DNA from: an uncultured Ruminococcus sp.
GTDB taxonomy: Bacteria > Bacillota > Clostridia > Oscillospirales > Ruminococcaceae
NCBI GenBank assembly: GCA_902789705.1
Contig: CADAPI010000015.1
Coordinates: 1-45,114, forward strand
Reading direction: 5' to 3'
Length of the DNA stretch: 45,114 bases
In this document: positions 19,301 through 27,506 of the stretch, in pieces
Layout of the letters: each line of letters starts with the position of its first letter
Position numbering within the stretch: the first letter of the stretch is position 1
Notes under the pieces: model-generated
What the model was told of the DNA's origin: nothing
What the model saw: only the letters and a program-made list of their open reading frames with translations
Database searches by the model: none
Program-made: the position numbers and the translations under genes

Positions 19301-19624
19301 ACAAAGGAAAGCATCAAGTCAGTTTACAACAGCGATTACGTAATCACTCTTGACGAACTTCCGAAGGATCTGTACACTGCGGCTGCTGAACCGACTGCAG
19401 TACCGACAAAGCAGCCTGGAACTGTAAAAACAGGTGACGTTGACTGTGACGGAAAGATCGATATAACAGACCTTTCACTCCTTTCACTTTACCTTATCGG
19501 TGACAACAAACTCGAAGGAGATTCTCTTAAGGCCGCTGATACAACACATGACGGAGATATTCAGCTTACAGACCTTGCAACACTCCGCCAGTTCATCTCA
19601 AAGAAGATCACAAGTCTTGACTGA
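16361..19624 (+). CDS. Cellulosomal beta-mannanase: SP-CBM35-GH26-linker-CBM35-GH26-dockerin
   Basis: Two GH26 domains (FRPLHEAEG..WFWWG; WRPFHEFDGAWFWWG; WYPGDEYVD twice), two CBM35-like modules (SWGW..DY), Pro/Ser/Thr linker, C-terminal dockerin GDVDCDGKIDITDL. Confidence 0.92.
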   Translation: MNSKDLRRFCSMTAALALTASVFSIYPQAEPASVQAASAKYEFEDAEFTGTVKVDKDSAASGGSILYMTEDGTITVTVNADADGMYDIIMAADGVGGGKQQNLYVNDTSAGNISIAEGSGDYKPFTAATVKLNKGKNTIKISKSWGWTKFDYLEVKARVYETVSGSAVLSNKKATKETQSLMNYLASVYGKHTVSGQQEIYKYGPHDFETEFEYIKDTTGVYPAIRGFDFLNTNPLYGSDDGTTDRIIEWCTKNQYGNNGIATASWHITVPNDFTSYKIGDKVDWAKSTYKPDETDFDASKVCTEGTKEYEYYQLCLKMLAEQLTKLQDAKVPLIFRPLHEAEGGGGETGSWFWWGKSGSKTYKDIWKLTYKTLTETYGLNNIIWEWNGYDYATSGDWYPGDEYVDLVAYDKYSCTKYLAENNWQPSVQHDDTAAGSTFWSLVNLTDKSKMVAMAECDCISTLSNIETEHANWLYFCPWYDGGSDNINFLSNPVFNKKEDLKEMYTSDYCISLDELPKDLYSNGSAPVVNPTATAKPTVSPSASASPSPSPTVSPTNSTGEKPIDIKDGGKIEFENGVLTGGGTTEIVKSDAASGGKYVYLQTAKDTLTFTVNVKEAGLYKMVFGYKQAYDEGGKIQNVLVNGVVAENVSFPYTEKFIETPGTVISLKEGRNTIAVESSWGWTDLDYFTLTKAEATKVDASKASLSNKNASAAAKSLYSYICSEYGKAIISGQQESTWMSGGADYEMNYIKDASGKLPAMRGLDYMGDDFDGVNKRAKEWFEKGGIVTICWHCGSDFSRDYDASKADDLDWDKALTPGTDEYKALSTAMDKGAKALKELKDAGIPVIWRPFHEFDGAWFWWGKGGAENFKKLWKMMYEKYTNEWELDNLIWSLGFTASVPAEWYPGDEYVDIAGADTYVENDGSLIGMYNKVVDIVGTDTPVILHENGSIPNPENLEADGAYWSSFMTWHTEWITDSKWNTKESIKSVYNSDYVITLDELPKDLYTAAAEPTAVPTKQPGTVKTGDVDCDGKIDITDLSLLSLYLIGDNKLEGDSLKAADTTHDGDIQLTDLATLRQFISKKITSLD

Positions 19625-19650
19625 TAAACATTACGATAAACTTTAAAACA

Positions 19651-19691
19651 AGCCGCACCCCGTGGAAATGTCCGCAGGGTGCGGCTTTGTT
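19651..19691 (+). terminator. Intrinsic terminator after the mannanase gene
   Basis: AGCCGCACCC...GGGTGCGGCT followed by TTGTT. Confidence 0.65.
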
Positions 19692-19742
19692 CGTATTGCT
19701 TTGGTATGGCTGATATGATATACTAAAAAACAGAAAGGCTAA

Positions 19743-19851
19743 GGAAACGCTGATTTATTCATAAATCAGCGTGGGGGTCCGGGGCGAAGCCCCGCAAATC
19801 CCACTTCCGGACATCCGGCGAAGCCGGATGTCCGGTTTAATCAGTGTTTCC
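19743..19851 (+). mobile_element. MITE copy 1 (109 bp, IS5-like TIRs, TSD CTAA)
   Basis: GGAAACGCTGATTTA...TTAATCAGTGTTTCC flanked by CTAA/CTAA. Confidence 0.85.
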
Positions 19852-20094
19852 CTAAAAAAGGAGATAGTGATTATGGATGTTATAAAAAAATCAGAATAAA
19901 TAATATTTAAACCGGTTGTTTGAGGTTGCAAGTATGTGTCCGAAATACCCATGCACCAAAGTGGTAACACGGTTTTTCATCGTTTTTCGACAGTGTTTCT
20001 TGTTTTCGGCGTTATGAGCGGATATAATAAAGATATCTTCGAAGATCGCACAAAAGACACAAACGAAAAAAGTATTAAAAGGAAGGTAAATGAT

Positions 20095-21021
20095 ATGGAA
20101 TTCGGAACAAAACTGAAAACTGTGAGAGAACAGAAAGGTATAACGCAGCAGACGCTGGCTGATCATCTTTATGTAACGAGACAGGCGGTATCACGCTGGG
20201 AATGCGGGGCGCGTTATCCGGACCTTATGACGGCAAAGAAGATATCGGAATACTTTGATATCTCAATGGACGAGCTTATAACGGGAGATGACTGGAGAAG
20301 CTATCCTGAAAAGCAGCCGGTCATTGAGAGCGGCAGGGCTGGAAGGCTGCAGACAGCCGTGTATGCGGTAAGTGCAGTGCTTATGTTTATGTCAGTTATC
20401 GTAAGACCTTTTGTTGCCAGCGCGGCCACGGGAGAAAAAATGAGCGCGATAATATCGTCTATGTTTACGGGAGGTGGCAGCTCCTCAATTATGGCCATAA
20501 GCACTCTGGCGGTGCTGGTAATGCTTCTTATATCGGCCGGCCTGATATACGGAACTTACAGGTCGGTACAGAAAACAGCTGACCCGAAAGTGTCCGGAGC
20601 AATAATGTGCAGCGCATTCGTTTTTCAGGCTCTGGAACGCCTGATCACCTGTATATCGACACGTAAAATGAGCATTGCTCCGGCTTCACTTGTTCTTCTG
20701 GGTATATCACTGTTTGGCATAGCAGCCACAGCTGACTTCTTTTTCATAAGAAAGCATGCCAATCCTGTTTTGTTTTATATAGCAGCCGGCATTTCCTTTG
20801 CATTTGAATTCGCAACGGCTTTCAAATGTCTTTTCGAACTTGCAGATATAGCAGTAAATCGTAATGCGGCTATTTATCTGGCCTATTATAATTCAGCTTT
20901 TTCGTCAGCAGCTTTTTCGATGCTTTTCTGCCTCGGAATAGTACAGGCAAAGCTGATAATGAGAAAGAGAAAACTCAGCCTCAGACAGGCGGCCGGAAAA
21001 GTATCAGAGTCTGCAGTATAA
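20095..21021 (+). CDS. XRE-family HTH regulator fused to a multi-pass membrane domain
   Basis: ITQQTLADHLYVTRQAVSRWECGARYPDL followed by about six hydrophobic segments; probable ATG at 20095. Confidence 0.85.
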   Translation: MEFGTKLKTVREQKGITQQTLADHLYVTRQAVSRWECGARYPDLMTAKKISEYFDISMDELITGDDWRSYPEKQPVIESGRAGRLQTAVYAVSAVLMFMSVIVRPFVASAATGEKMSAIISSMFTGGGSSSIMAISTLAVLVMLLISAGLIYGTYRSVQKTADPKVSGAIMCSAFVFQALERLITCISTRKMSIAPASLVLLGISLFGIAATADFFFIRKHANPVLFYIAAGISFAFEFATAFKCLFELADIAVNRNAAIYLAYYNSAFSSAAFSMLFCLGIVQAKLIMRKRKLSLRQAAGKVSESAV

Positions 21022-21023
21022 AG

Positions 21024-21132
21024 GGAAACGCTGATTTATTCATAAATCAGCGTGGGGCTCCGGGGCGAAGCCCCGCAAATCCCACCTCCGGAAATCCGGA
21101 GAAGCCGGATTTCCGATATAATCAGTGTTTCC
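21024..21132 (+). mobile_element. MITE copy 2 (109 bp, TSD AAAG)
   Basis: Same TIRs and hairpins, flanked by AAAG/AAAG. Confidence 0.85.
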
Positions 21133-21331
21133 AAAGAATTTACATGATCGGGACAATAAAGTGTGGAATAAAAGTCTGAATATAAGGAAAATCTGATTTT
21201 TCTGAAGCAGGAACTGCGGGATTCTGCTTTGTAAAAATATAAGTTTTTCAGGTAAAAATAAAGGCTGTGCGGCGGGTGCCGTACAGCCTTTTAACATTTT
21301 CTTTAAAATCTGTTGAAAACAGAGCTTATAA

Positions 21332-21844
21332 TTATTCAGCCTTGTTTTCTTCAGCCTTTGGTTCTTCCTTCTTAACTGTTGAAACAACCTTTTCAGCAGC
21401 TGCTGAAACAGTGCCTGTTACCTGATCTGCAATCTTGTCGATAGCTGCGATAGCGATATCTGACTTCTTCATTGCTGAGAAACCTAAGAGAATGAAGAAT
21501 ACCTTTTCGATGATGTAAATGCAGTCTCTTAAGCATGAAACGAGCGGTGAGATGAACGGGATAGAGAATGAGCTGTAGCTGCTTGAATTGAAGATCCTTA
21601 AGAAATCACCGATCATGCTTGTAAGATCAGGAAGGATTCCTAAGAGAGATGATGCGATTGCGAGAACTACATCGAGTGCGAAAGCCTTGACAGCTGTTCT
21701 CTTGAGCCAGTCGTTCTTTTCAAAGAAGAAAACGTAAGCTGCAAGGAGGAGGAACGGTGTCTGTCCGCCTACGAGAATTGTGAAGTAGAGAGCTGCCCCC
21801 ATGAGCCCTACAGGTATGCCGAGAGATGTTTTTTCGTTGTTCAT
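21332..21844 (-). CDS. Conserved hypothetical membrane protein
   Basis: Several TM segments; EKTSLGIPVGL...EKNDWLKRTAVKA; AGGAG RBS. Confidence 0.8.
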   Translation of the reverse strand: MNNEKTSLGIPVGLMGAALYFTILVGGQTPFLLLAAYVFFFEKNDWLKRTAVKAFALDVVLAIASSLLGILPDLTSMIGDFLRIFNSSSYSSFSIPFISPLVSCLRDCIYIIEKVFFILLGFSAMKKSDIAIAAIDKIADQVTGTVSAAAEKVVSTVKKEEPKAEENKAE

Positions 21845-21928
21845 TTTTCTAACTCCTTTAAAATAAAAATGTTATATTAATACCGTGAAAACGCCGGTCA
21901 GAGTTTTCGCCGGAATATTAACCGCTGA

Positions 21929-23872
21929 TCATCTGATCTTGCTGCCGCAAGGAACAGAATCATCCACAAAGATGACCTTTGCGCTGCCGTCAGGCATATC
22001 TGAACAGCAGATCATACCGTTGCTTTCAACGCCGCAGAGTACTGCAGGCTTGAGGTTTGCAACCAGTATTACCTTTTTGCCGATGAGGTCTTCAGGGCTG
22101 TACCACTGTGCAATACCTGAAACGACCTGTCGTCCGCCCATGCCGTCGTCGAGCTGTGAGCAGAGAAGCTTCTTGGACTTCTTTACCTTTTCGCACTTAA
22201 CGATCTTTGCAACACGAAGATCTGATTTGAAGAACTCGTCGATCTCAATCTGAGGTGCGAGAGGTTCGGCTTCGATCTCAGGTTCCTCTGAAGCAGGAGC
22301 GTTCTGTCTGATGAGAGCATTGAGCTCTTCAATCTCCTTGTCAACGTCGATACGCGGGAAGAGTGCTTCACCTCTGTGAACTGTAACGTCTGCAGGAAGA
22401 ACGCCGAACTTTGCAGCGTTTTCGTAGGAAACATCGCTTTCTGAAGCACCGATCTGCTTCCATACTTCCGGCATGGTTGTAGGCATGAATGCACTGAGAA
22501 GTGTGGTCGAGATCCTTATTGCTTCGAGAAGGTTGTAAAGAACGCATGCGAGTCTTGGCTTGTTTGCCTCATCCTTTGCGAGTACCCACGGAGCTGTTTC
22601 GTCGATGTATTTGTTTGCGCGTGAGATAACTGTGAAGATCTCAGCGAGCGCGTTGTTTATCTGTGTGTGTTCAACGAATTCGTCAACCTTTGCGCGGAGA
22701 CCTTCCGCCATGCTGATAAGTTCGTCGTCGAATTCGCCGGACTGTTTTTCCTTCGGAAGTGTGCCGCCGAAATACTTTTCAACCATTGCAACTGTTCTTG
22801 AAACGAGGTTGCCAAGTCCGTTTGCAAGGTCGGAATTTATGCGGTTTATCATGATCTCGTTTGAGAATGAGCTGTCTGCACCGAGAGCCATCTCGCGGAG
22901 AATGTGGTAACGGATAGCGTCAGCACCGTATCTTTCGCCGAGAACGAAAGGATCAACCACGTTGCCGAGTGACTTACTCATCTTCTGGCCGTTGAATGTG
23001 ATCCAGCCGTGAACAGCAAGGTGCTTAGGAAGCGGAAGGTCGAGAGCCATGAGCATTGCCGGCCAGATGATAGCGTGGAATCTCATGATGTCCTTTGCAA
23101 CCATGTGAACGTCTGCAGGCCAGAACTTTTCGTAGTCCTTATATGTTGTGTTGCCGTATCCGAGAGCGGAAATATAGTTTGAAAGGGCGTCGATCCATAC
23201 ATAAACAACATGCTTGTCATCGAAAGTTACAGGAATGCCCCACTTGAATGTGGTTCTTGAAACGCAGAGGTCCTCAAGACCCGGCTTGATGAAGTTGTTT
23301 ACAAGCTCTGTAGCTCTTGTCTTAGGTCTTAGGTAGTCTGTTTCTGTAAGGAGTTTTTCGATCCTTTCAGCGAAAGGCGACATTTTGAAGAAGTAAGCTT
23401 CTTCCTTTGCTTCAGTAACTTCACGGCCGCAGTCAGGGCACTTGCCGTCTTTAAGCTGTGATTCTGTCCAGAAGCTTTCACAAGGAGTACAGTATTTACC
23501 TGAATATTCGCCCTTGTAGATATATCCCTTGTCGTAGAGAGCCTTGAATATCTTCTGTACAGTTTCGATGTGATAGTCGTCAGTTGTACGGATGTATCTG
23601 TCGTAGCTTATGTTCATGTAGCTCCAGAGCTTCTTGAAAGTTTCTACGATCTCATCAACGTATTCCTTAGGTGTAACACCCTTTTCAGCAGCTTTCTGTT
23701 CTATTTTAAGACCGTGTTCGTCAGTTCCTGTGAGGAACATTACATCGTATCCCTGCATTCGCTTGTAACGCGCGATGGAGTCGCAGGCTACAGTTGTATA
23801 GCAGTGTCCTATATGCGGATTTCCAGACGGATAATATATAGGAGTAGTGATGTAAAACGGTTTATTTGGCAT
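21929..23872 (-). CDS. metG: Methionine--tRNA ligase with C-terminal tRNA-binding domain
   Basis: [34 protein letters not shown]-terminal OB domain. Confidence 0.97.
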   Translation of the reverse strand: MPNKPFYITTPIYYPSGNPHIGHCYTTVACDSIARYKRMQGYDVMFLTGTDEHGLKIEQKAAEKGVTPKEYVDEIVETFKKLWSYMNISYDRYIRTTDDYHIETVQKIFKALYDKGYIYKGEYSGKYCTPCESFWTESQLKDGKCPDCGREVTEAKEEAYFFKMSPFAERIEKLLTETDYLRPKTRATELVNNFIKPGLEDLCVSRTTFKWGIPVTFDDKHVVYVWIDALSNYISALGYGNTTYKDYEKFWPADVHMVAKDIMRFHAIIWPAMLMALDLPLPKHLAVHGWITFNGQKMSKSLGNVVDPFVLGERYGADAIRYHILREMALGADSSFSNEIMINRINSDLANGLGNLVSRTVAMVEKYFGGTLPKEKQSGEFDDELISMAEGLRAKVDEFVEHTQINNALAEIFTVISRANKYIDETAPWVLAKDEANKPRLACVLYNLLEAIRISTTLLSAFMPTTMPEVWKQIGASESDVSYENAAKFGVLPADVTVHRGEALFPRIDVDKEIEELNALIRQNAPASEEPEIEAEPLAPQIEIDEFFKSDLRVAKIVKCEKVKKSKKLLCSQLDDGMGGRQVVSGIAQWYSPEDLIGKKVILVANLKPAVLCGVESNGMICCSDMPDGSAKVIFVDDSVPCGSKIR

Positions 23873-23977
23873 ATGATCTCCTCCGTAAAATATAGTATAA
23901 CTTTAATTATAACCTATTATTGCGTGTTTGTCAAAAGAAATATATCAGTTCGTTTCTTTAGGTCCGGCGGGGTTTAA

Positions 23978-24086
23978 GGAAACGCTGATTTATTCATAAA
24001 TCAGCGCGGGGATCCGGGGCGAAGCCCCGCAAATTCCACCTCCGGAAATCCGGCAAAGCCGGATTTCCGGTTTAATCAGTGTTTTC
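23978..24086 (+). mobile_element. MITE copy 3 (109 bp)
   Basis: Same element; flanks TTAA/TTAT; right end GTTTTC. Confidence 0.8.
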
Positions 24087-24163
24087 TTATTTGTATTGCT
24101 ATTTTCCAAGAATTAATATATAATAGAATAAGATAATTTTTATTTTATAGGGAAGTGAATGAT

Positions 24164-25030
24164 ATGTTTGCACAGCTATTCGGCTACTATTTACTTGACA
24201 AGAACATTATTTCGACCGATCAGCTCAATGAGGCACTGGTGAACAAGAACATATACAAGGAACGTCTGGGTTCGCTGTTTGTTGAGTCGGGATACATGAC
24301 AAACGAGCAGGTCGAATACATTCACAGCGAGCAGAAAAGATTCGACAAGAACATGGGCGACCTTGCGGTTTTTCTCGGATTCCTTTCAAGGGCGCAGATG
24401 GAGGAACTGCTCGGAAAGCAGAACAACGGGGATATTGCCCTTGCAGATGCGCTTCTGAACAAGGGTTACATTACAAAGACTGAATACGATAATCTTTTAA
24501 AGGCATACAGACAGGAACTTGGACTTACTAGCGAGGTCGATTCCCGTAATGACCTGAAACGTGATATAATTTCGATCTACAATCTCGATGAGATGAAAAA
24601 TTCGGACGCCTACGCCGATTATGCATCGCTTTTTGTGCGTAATTCTGTCCGCTTCGTTGGCGATGACTTTGCGTTCACGAGTTTCAATCCTGTAAAGGAC
24701 ACAGAACAGGAATGCATGATCATGCAGGATATCAAGGGTCCTGATTCGCTCCGCACGGCTATCTGCGGAAGCCAGAAGGCGTTCAACGCATTTGCGGCAA
24801 GATGTGCCGGAAAGGACACTTTCGACTGCTCCAACAGGGACGTAGCCAATTTCCTTAATCTCCAGAACGGCTTGTACGCAGCCAACGTATTCGCTTCCGA
24901 CAGCTCAAAGCTTTCCCTCGGAAAGATCGGTTATTCACAGGACGAACTTATCGGCACTGAGAAGGACAAACTCATAATCCCGCTTTCATTTACCTTCGGA
25001 AAGATATATATTTATATTTTCAGGATGTAA
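24164..25030 (+). CDS. Protein with four MshEN-like repeats and a CheX-like C-terminal region
   Basis: LFGYYLLDKNII, RLGSLFVESGYM...Q, MGDLAVFLGFL...Q, LADALLNKGYI; C-terminal ANFLNLQNGLYA and IPLSFTFGKI. Confidence 0.65.
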   Translation: MFAQLFGYYLLDKNIISTDQLNEALVNKNIYKERLGSLFVESGYMTNEQVEYIHSEQKRFDKNMGDLAVFLGFLSRAQMEELLGKQNNGDIALADALLNKGYITKTEYDNLLKAYRQELGLTSEVDSRNDLKRDIISIYNLDEMKNSDAYADYASLFVRNSVRFVGDDFAFTSFNPVKDTEQECMIMQDIKGPDSLRTAICGSQKAFNAFAARCAGKDTFDCSNRDVANFLNLQNGLYAANVFASDSSKLSLGKIGYSQDELIGTEKDKLIIPLSFTFGKIYIYIFRM

Positions 25031-25214
25031 ATTCTGATGCCGGGGCTGATAAATAACAGTTTTCCCATGTAATCAGTGTAAATGGCATGTAACTTCTGAT
25101 GCGAAATATACAAATTTATGAACATCAGACAATTCGTATTTGACGTACTTGACAAATCATACAAATCTGATATTATGACTTGACTTATCAGAAATTATCC
25201 GTTATAATAATTAC

Positions 25215-25335
25215 AGTGTTAAGTTAATATTCGTTGTTAAAGTTAACACTCGTTTTGTTGTCTCCTTTCTTTTGTTCTACACATATTTATTTATCTCTTC
25301 TTATCTTTGCAGGGCACCGTTGTCCTGCATTTTTT
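25215..25335 (+). ncRNA. Candidate ~120-nt CU-rich small RNA
   Basis: TTGACT (25180-25185)-17 bp-TATAAT (25203-25208); 5' stem AGTGTTAA/TTAACACT; TCTCCTTTC; terminator TGCAGGGCA..TGTCCTGCA-TTTTTT; no ORF. Confidence 0.55.
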
Positions 25336-25344
25336 ATATCCTGA

Positions 25345-25453
25345 GGAAGCACTGATTTACTCATAAATCAGTGCAGGGGTGCGGGGCGAAGCCCCGTTTT
25401 CTCTCTTCCTGCAAATCCGGAGAAGCCGGATTTGCGATTAAATCAGTGTTTCC
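25345..25453 (+). mobile_element. MITE copy 4 (109 bp, most diverged)
   Basis: GGAAGCACTGATTTA...TAAATCAGTGTTTCC; flanks CTGA/TTAA. Confidence 0.8.
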
Positions 25454-25485
25454 TTAACGAAATTTTTATAAGTCGGTGAAAAAAA

Positions 25486-26580
25486 TTGAAACGCACTTCA
25501 GAACTGAATTTATTTCTTTCATTATTTCTAGTATTTGCATTAAGCCTTACTTCCTGCGGAAGAAGAACAGTAAACATTGACGATGAGCTTCCTGAGCTTC
25601 CGCCTCCTGTGGGTGCTGAAACAAAGGCTCCGGCGGTAACGGCACCGGTATCGGCTGAGACACAGGCGACTACGCAGGCTCCAATGCCGGCAAAGGACGA
25701 ACCGCTGCTTCGCAGGGGAATATGGTATTCCTACAGCGAACACGGATCCTGCTACTACTGTTTTTACGGTGACAAATACAAGGATTCAGGCTGTATAATA
25801 AGCCTTGAGGACGGTATCATCACACCTTTCAAGTTCTATGTCTACTCGGAAGCAGGCGATGACGACGATCAGGAAGATGAAGAAACTGACGGCGCTGAAG
25901 AAGAATCTGATGAGACCGGAGAAGGCTCTGACGATGATTCTGTTTCAGAAGAAGACGCTCCGGAAGAAGATACTTCAGAAGAAGATACTTCAGAAGAAGA
26001 TGCATCAGAAGATGATGACTCTTCTGGTGACGGTGAAGATTCTGAAGACGGATCTGAAGATGAAGAATCCGTCGAAGACAGTACCGGAGAAGACGGGGAC
26101 GAAGAAGAGGAAGAAGAGGAGTACAGATACGGCGAAAACTACAAGCCGGATGTTGTGTACATCTTCAACATCGGCGATGCCTATAAAGACACAACCGTTG
26201 AGGCAGTGATCATAGACCGCGACCATATAGATTTTGACGTGAACCGTACCTACACCGAACACCTCGAATACTATGCCGATATAAGCTATAACCAGCTTGC
26301 GTTCTACACAAACGGCGAACTTACCGACTTTGCAAAGCATTTTTATGCAAAGACCATAGACAGACCGAACATGGCATACGTGCTTAATGCGGAATTAAAG
26401 GAGCTTCCGGGCTCGGAGCTCCAGATCACTCTGACGCGTCTTTTCACGAACAAGAAGACCGAGGAAATCGAGAACATGTTCTGTGAGTCGTACACTGTAA
26501 ACCGTATTACGGCAAAGGGAACTGATTCAAAGGGCAATGAAGTTGATCTGAGCCATATAAAGAACGAGCCGGGAGTATAA
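25486..26580 (+). CDS. Lipoprotein with a long acidic (Asp/Glu) insertion
   Basis: Lipobox LTSC; about 90-aa D/E/S tract. Confidence 0.8.
   Translation: MKRTSELNLFLSLFLVFALSLTSCGRRTVNIDDELPELPPPVGAETKAPAVTAPVSAETQATTQAPMPAKDEPLLRRGIWYSYSEHGSCYYCFYGDKYKDSGCIISLEDGIITPFKFYVYSEAGDDDDQEDEETDGAEEESDETGEGSDDDSVSEEDAPEEDTSEEDTSEEDASEDDDSSGDGEDSEDGSEDEESVEDSTGEDGDEEEEEEEYRYGENYKPDVVYIFNIGDAYKDTTVEAVIIDRDHIDFDVNRTYTEHLEYYADISYNQLAFYTNGELTDFAKHFYAKTIDRPNMAYVLNAELKELPGSELQITLTRLFTNKKTEEIENMFCESYTVNRITAKGTDSKGNEVDLSHIKNEPGV
25948..26007 (+). repeat. Four imperfect 15-bp in-frame tandem repeats (EEDxS/P)
   Basis: GAAGAAGACGCTCCG, GAAGAAGATACTTCA x2, GAAGAAGATGCATCA. Confidence 0.75.
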
Positions 26581-26715
26581 AAAAATATTGCAAAAACTGC
26601 CGTTATGAGTTATAATTGAATTACGGAAATACTTCGGGTAAAAGTTTTCGGGAATTATTCCCGTACTCCCGGAATCATTACGGTTTCCGGCAATCATGAT
26701 ACGGAGAAACATACC

Positions 26716-27438
26716 ATGCCACGATTTTTTGTAGACAGTATAACAGACGAAAAATATGCCTGTATCACGGGTGAAGATGCCCGTCATATAAGCCGTTCCC
26801 TTCGCATGAAGAAGGAAGATGCACTTACTGTCACCTGCGGCGGTATCGACTACTCCTGTGTAATAAAGGAAATATCTGACGAAGCAGTTTCGCTCGAGGT
26901 TCTTTTTTTCAATAAATGCAAGTCTGAACCGGGCATAGACCTTACGCTTTTTCAGGCCGTTCCGAAGCTTGACAAGCTGGAGTTCATAATCCAGAAGTCA
27001 GTGGAGCTTGGCGTGAACCGGATCGTGCCGGTGCTGACAAGGCGATGCGTTTCAAGGCCGACCGAAAAGGACTTTGCGAAAAAGCTTGTACGCTATCAGA
27101 AAATAGCACTGGAAGCGGCAAAGCAGTCCGGAAGGGGCATTGTTCCTGAAGTTGCACCGATGATAAACTTCGGTGAAGCGCTTGAACAGATGAAAAAGAC
27201 CGATGTGCCGCTGATGCTTTACGAACAGGGCGGTGTCCGTTTTTCCGAAGCGGGACTTAAAAACACCGGTACGGTTTCCATACTTATCGGAAGCGAAGGC
27301 GGATTTGATGAATCGGAAGTCGCAAAGGCGGACGAGGCCGGAATAAAGCGCATCTGGCTCGGTGACCGTATTTTACGCTGTGAAACAGCACCGCTTGTGG
27401 CTGTTTCCCTTACAATGTTTCTTACAGGCAACCTGTAA
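26716..27438 (+). CDS. rsmE: 16S rRNA m3U1498 methyltransferase RsmE
   Basis: HISRSLR, QKSVELGV, EAAKQSGR, IGSEGGF, LGDRILRCETAP. Confidence 0.95.
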   Translation: MPRFFVDSITDEKYACITGEDARHISRSLRMKKEDALTVTCGGIDYSCVIKEISDEAVSLEVLFFNKCKSEPGIDLTLFQAVPKLDKLEFIIQKSVELGVNRIVPVLTRRCVSRPTEKDFAKKLVRYQKIALEAAKQSGRGIVPEVAPMINFGEALEQMKKTDVPLMLYEQGGVRFSEAGLKNTGTVSILIGSEGGFDESEVAKADEAGIKRIWLGDRILRCETAPLVAVSLTMFLTGNL

Positions 27439-27506
27439 ACGATAAAGGCGGTGGACTGCAGAGCTCCGCCGGATAACACTACATCTGCAGAGAATGGAGA
27501 AAGATT

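Noticed and set aside
19874-20020. Short Cys-containing reading (MCPKYPCTK) and the extended N-terminus of the XRE ORF from 19936
   Set aside because: Fragmentary and too short to assign. The XRE protein starts more plausibly at ATG 20095.
23872-25486. Switch from mostly minus-strand to plus-strand genes as oriC
   Set aside because: No dnaA/dnaN/gyrB context or DnaA-box array at the switch, and several plus-strand genes lie to the left.
26620-26715. Structured leader before rsmE as a riboswitch
   Set aside because: Short palindromes (CGGGAATTATTCCCG) only, with no recognisable aptamer core or terminator.
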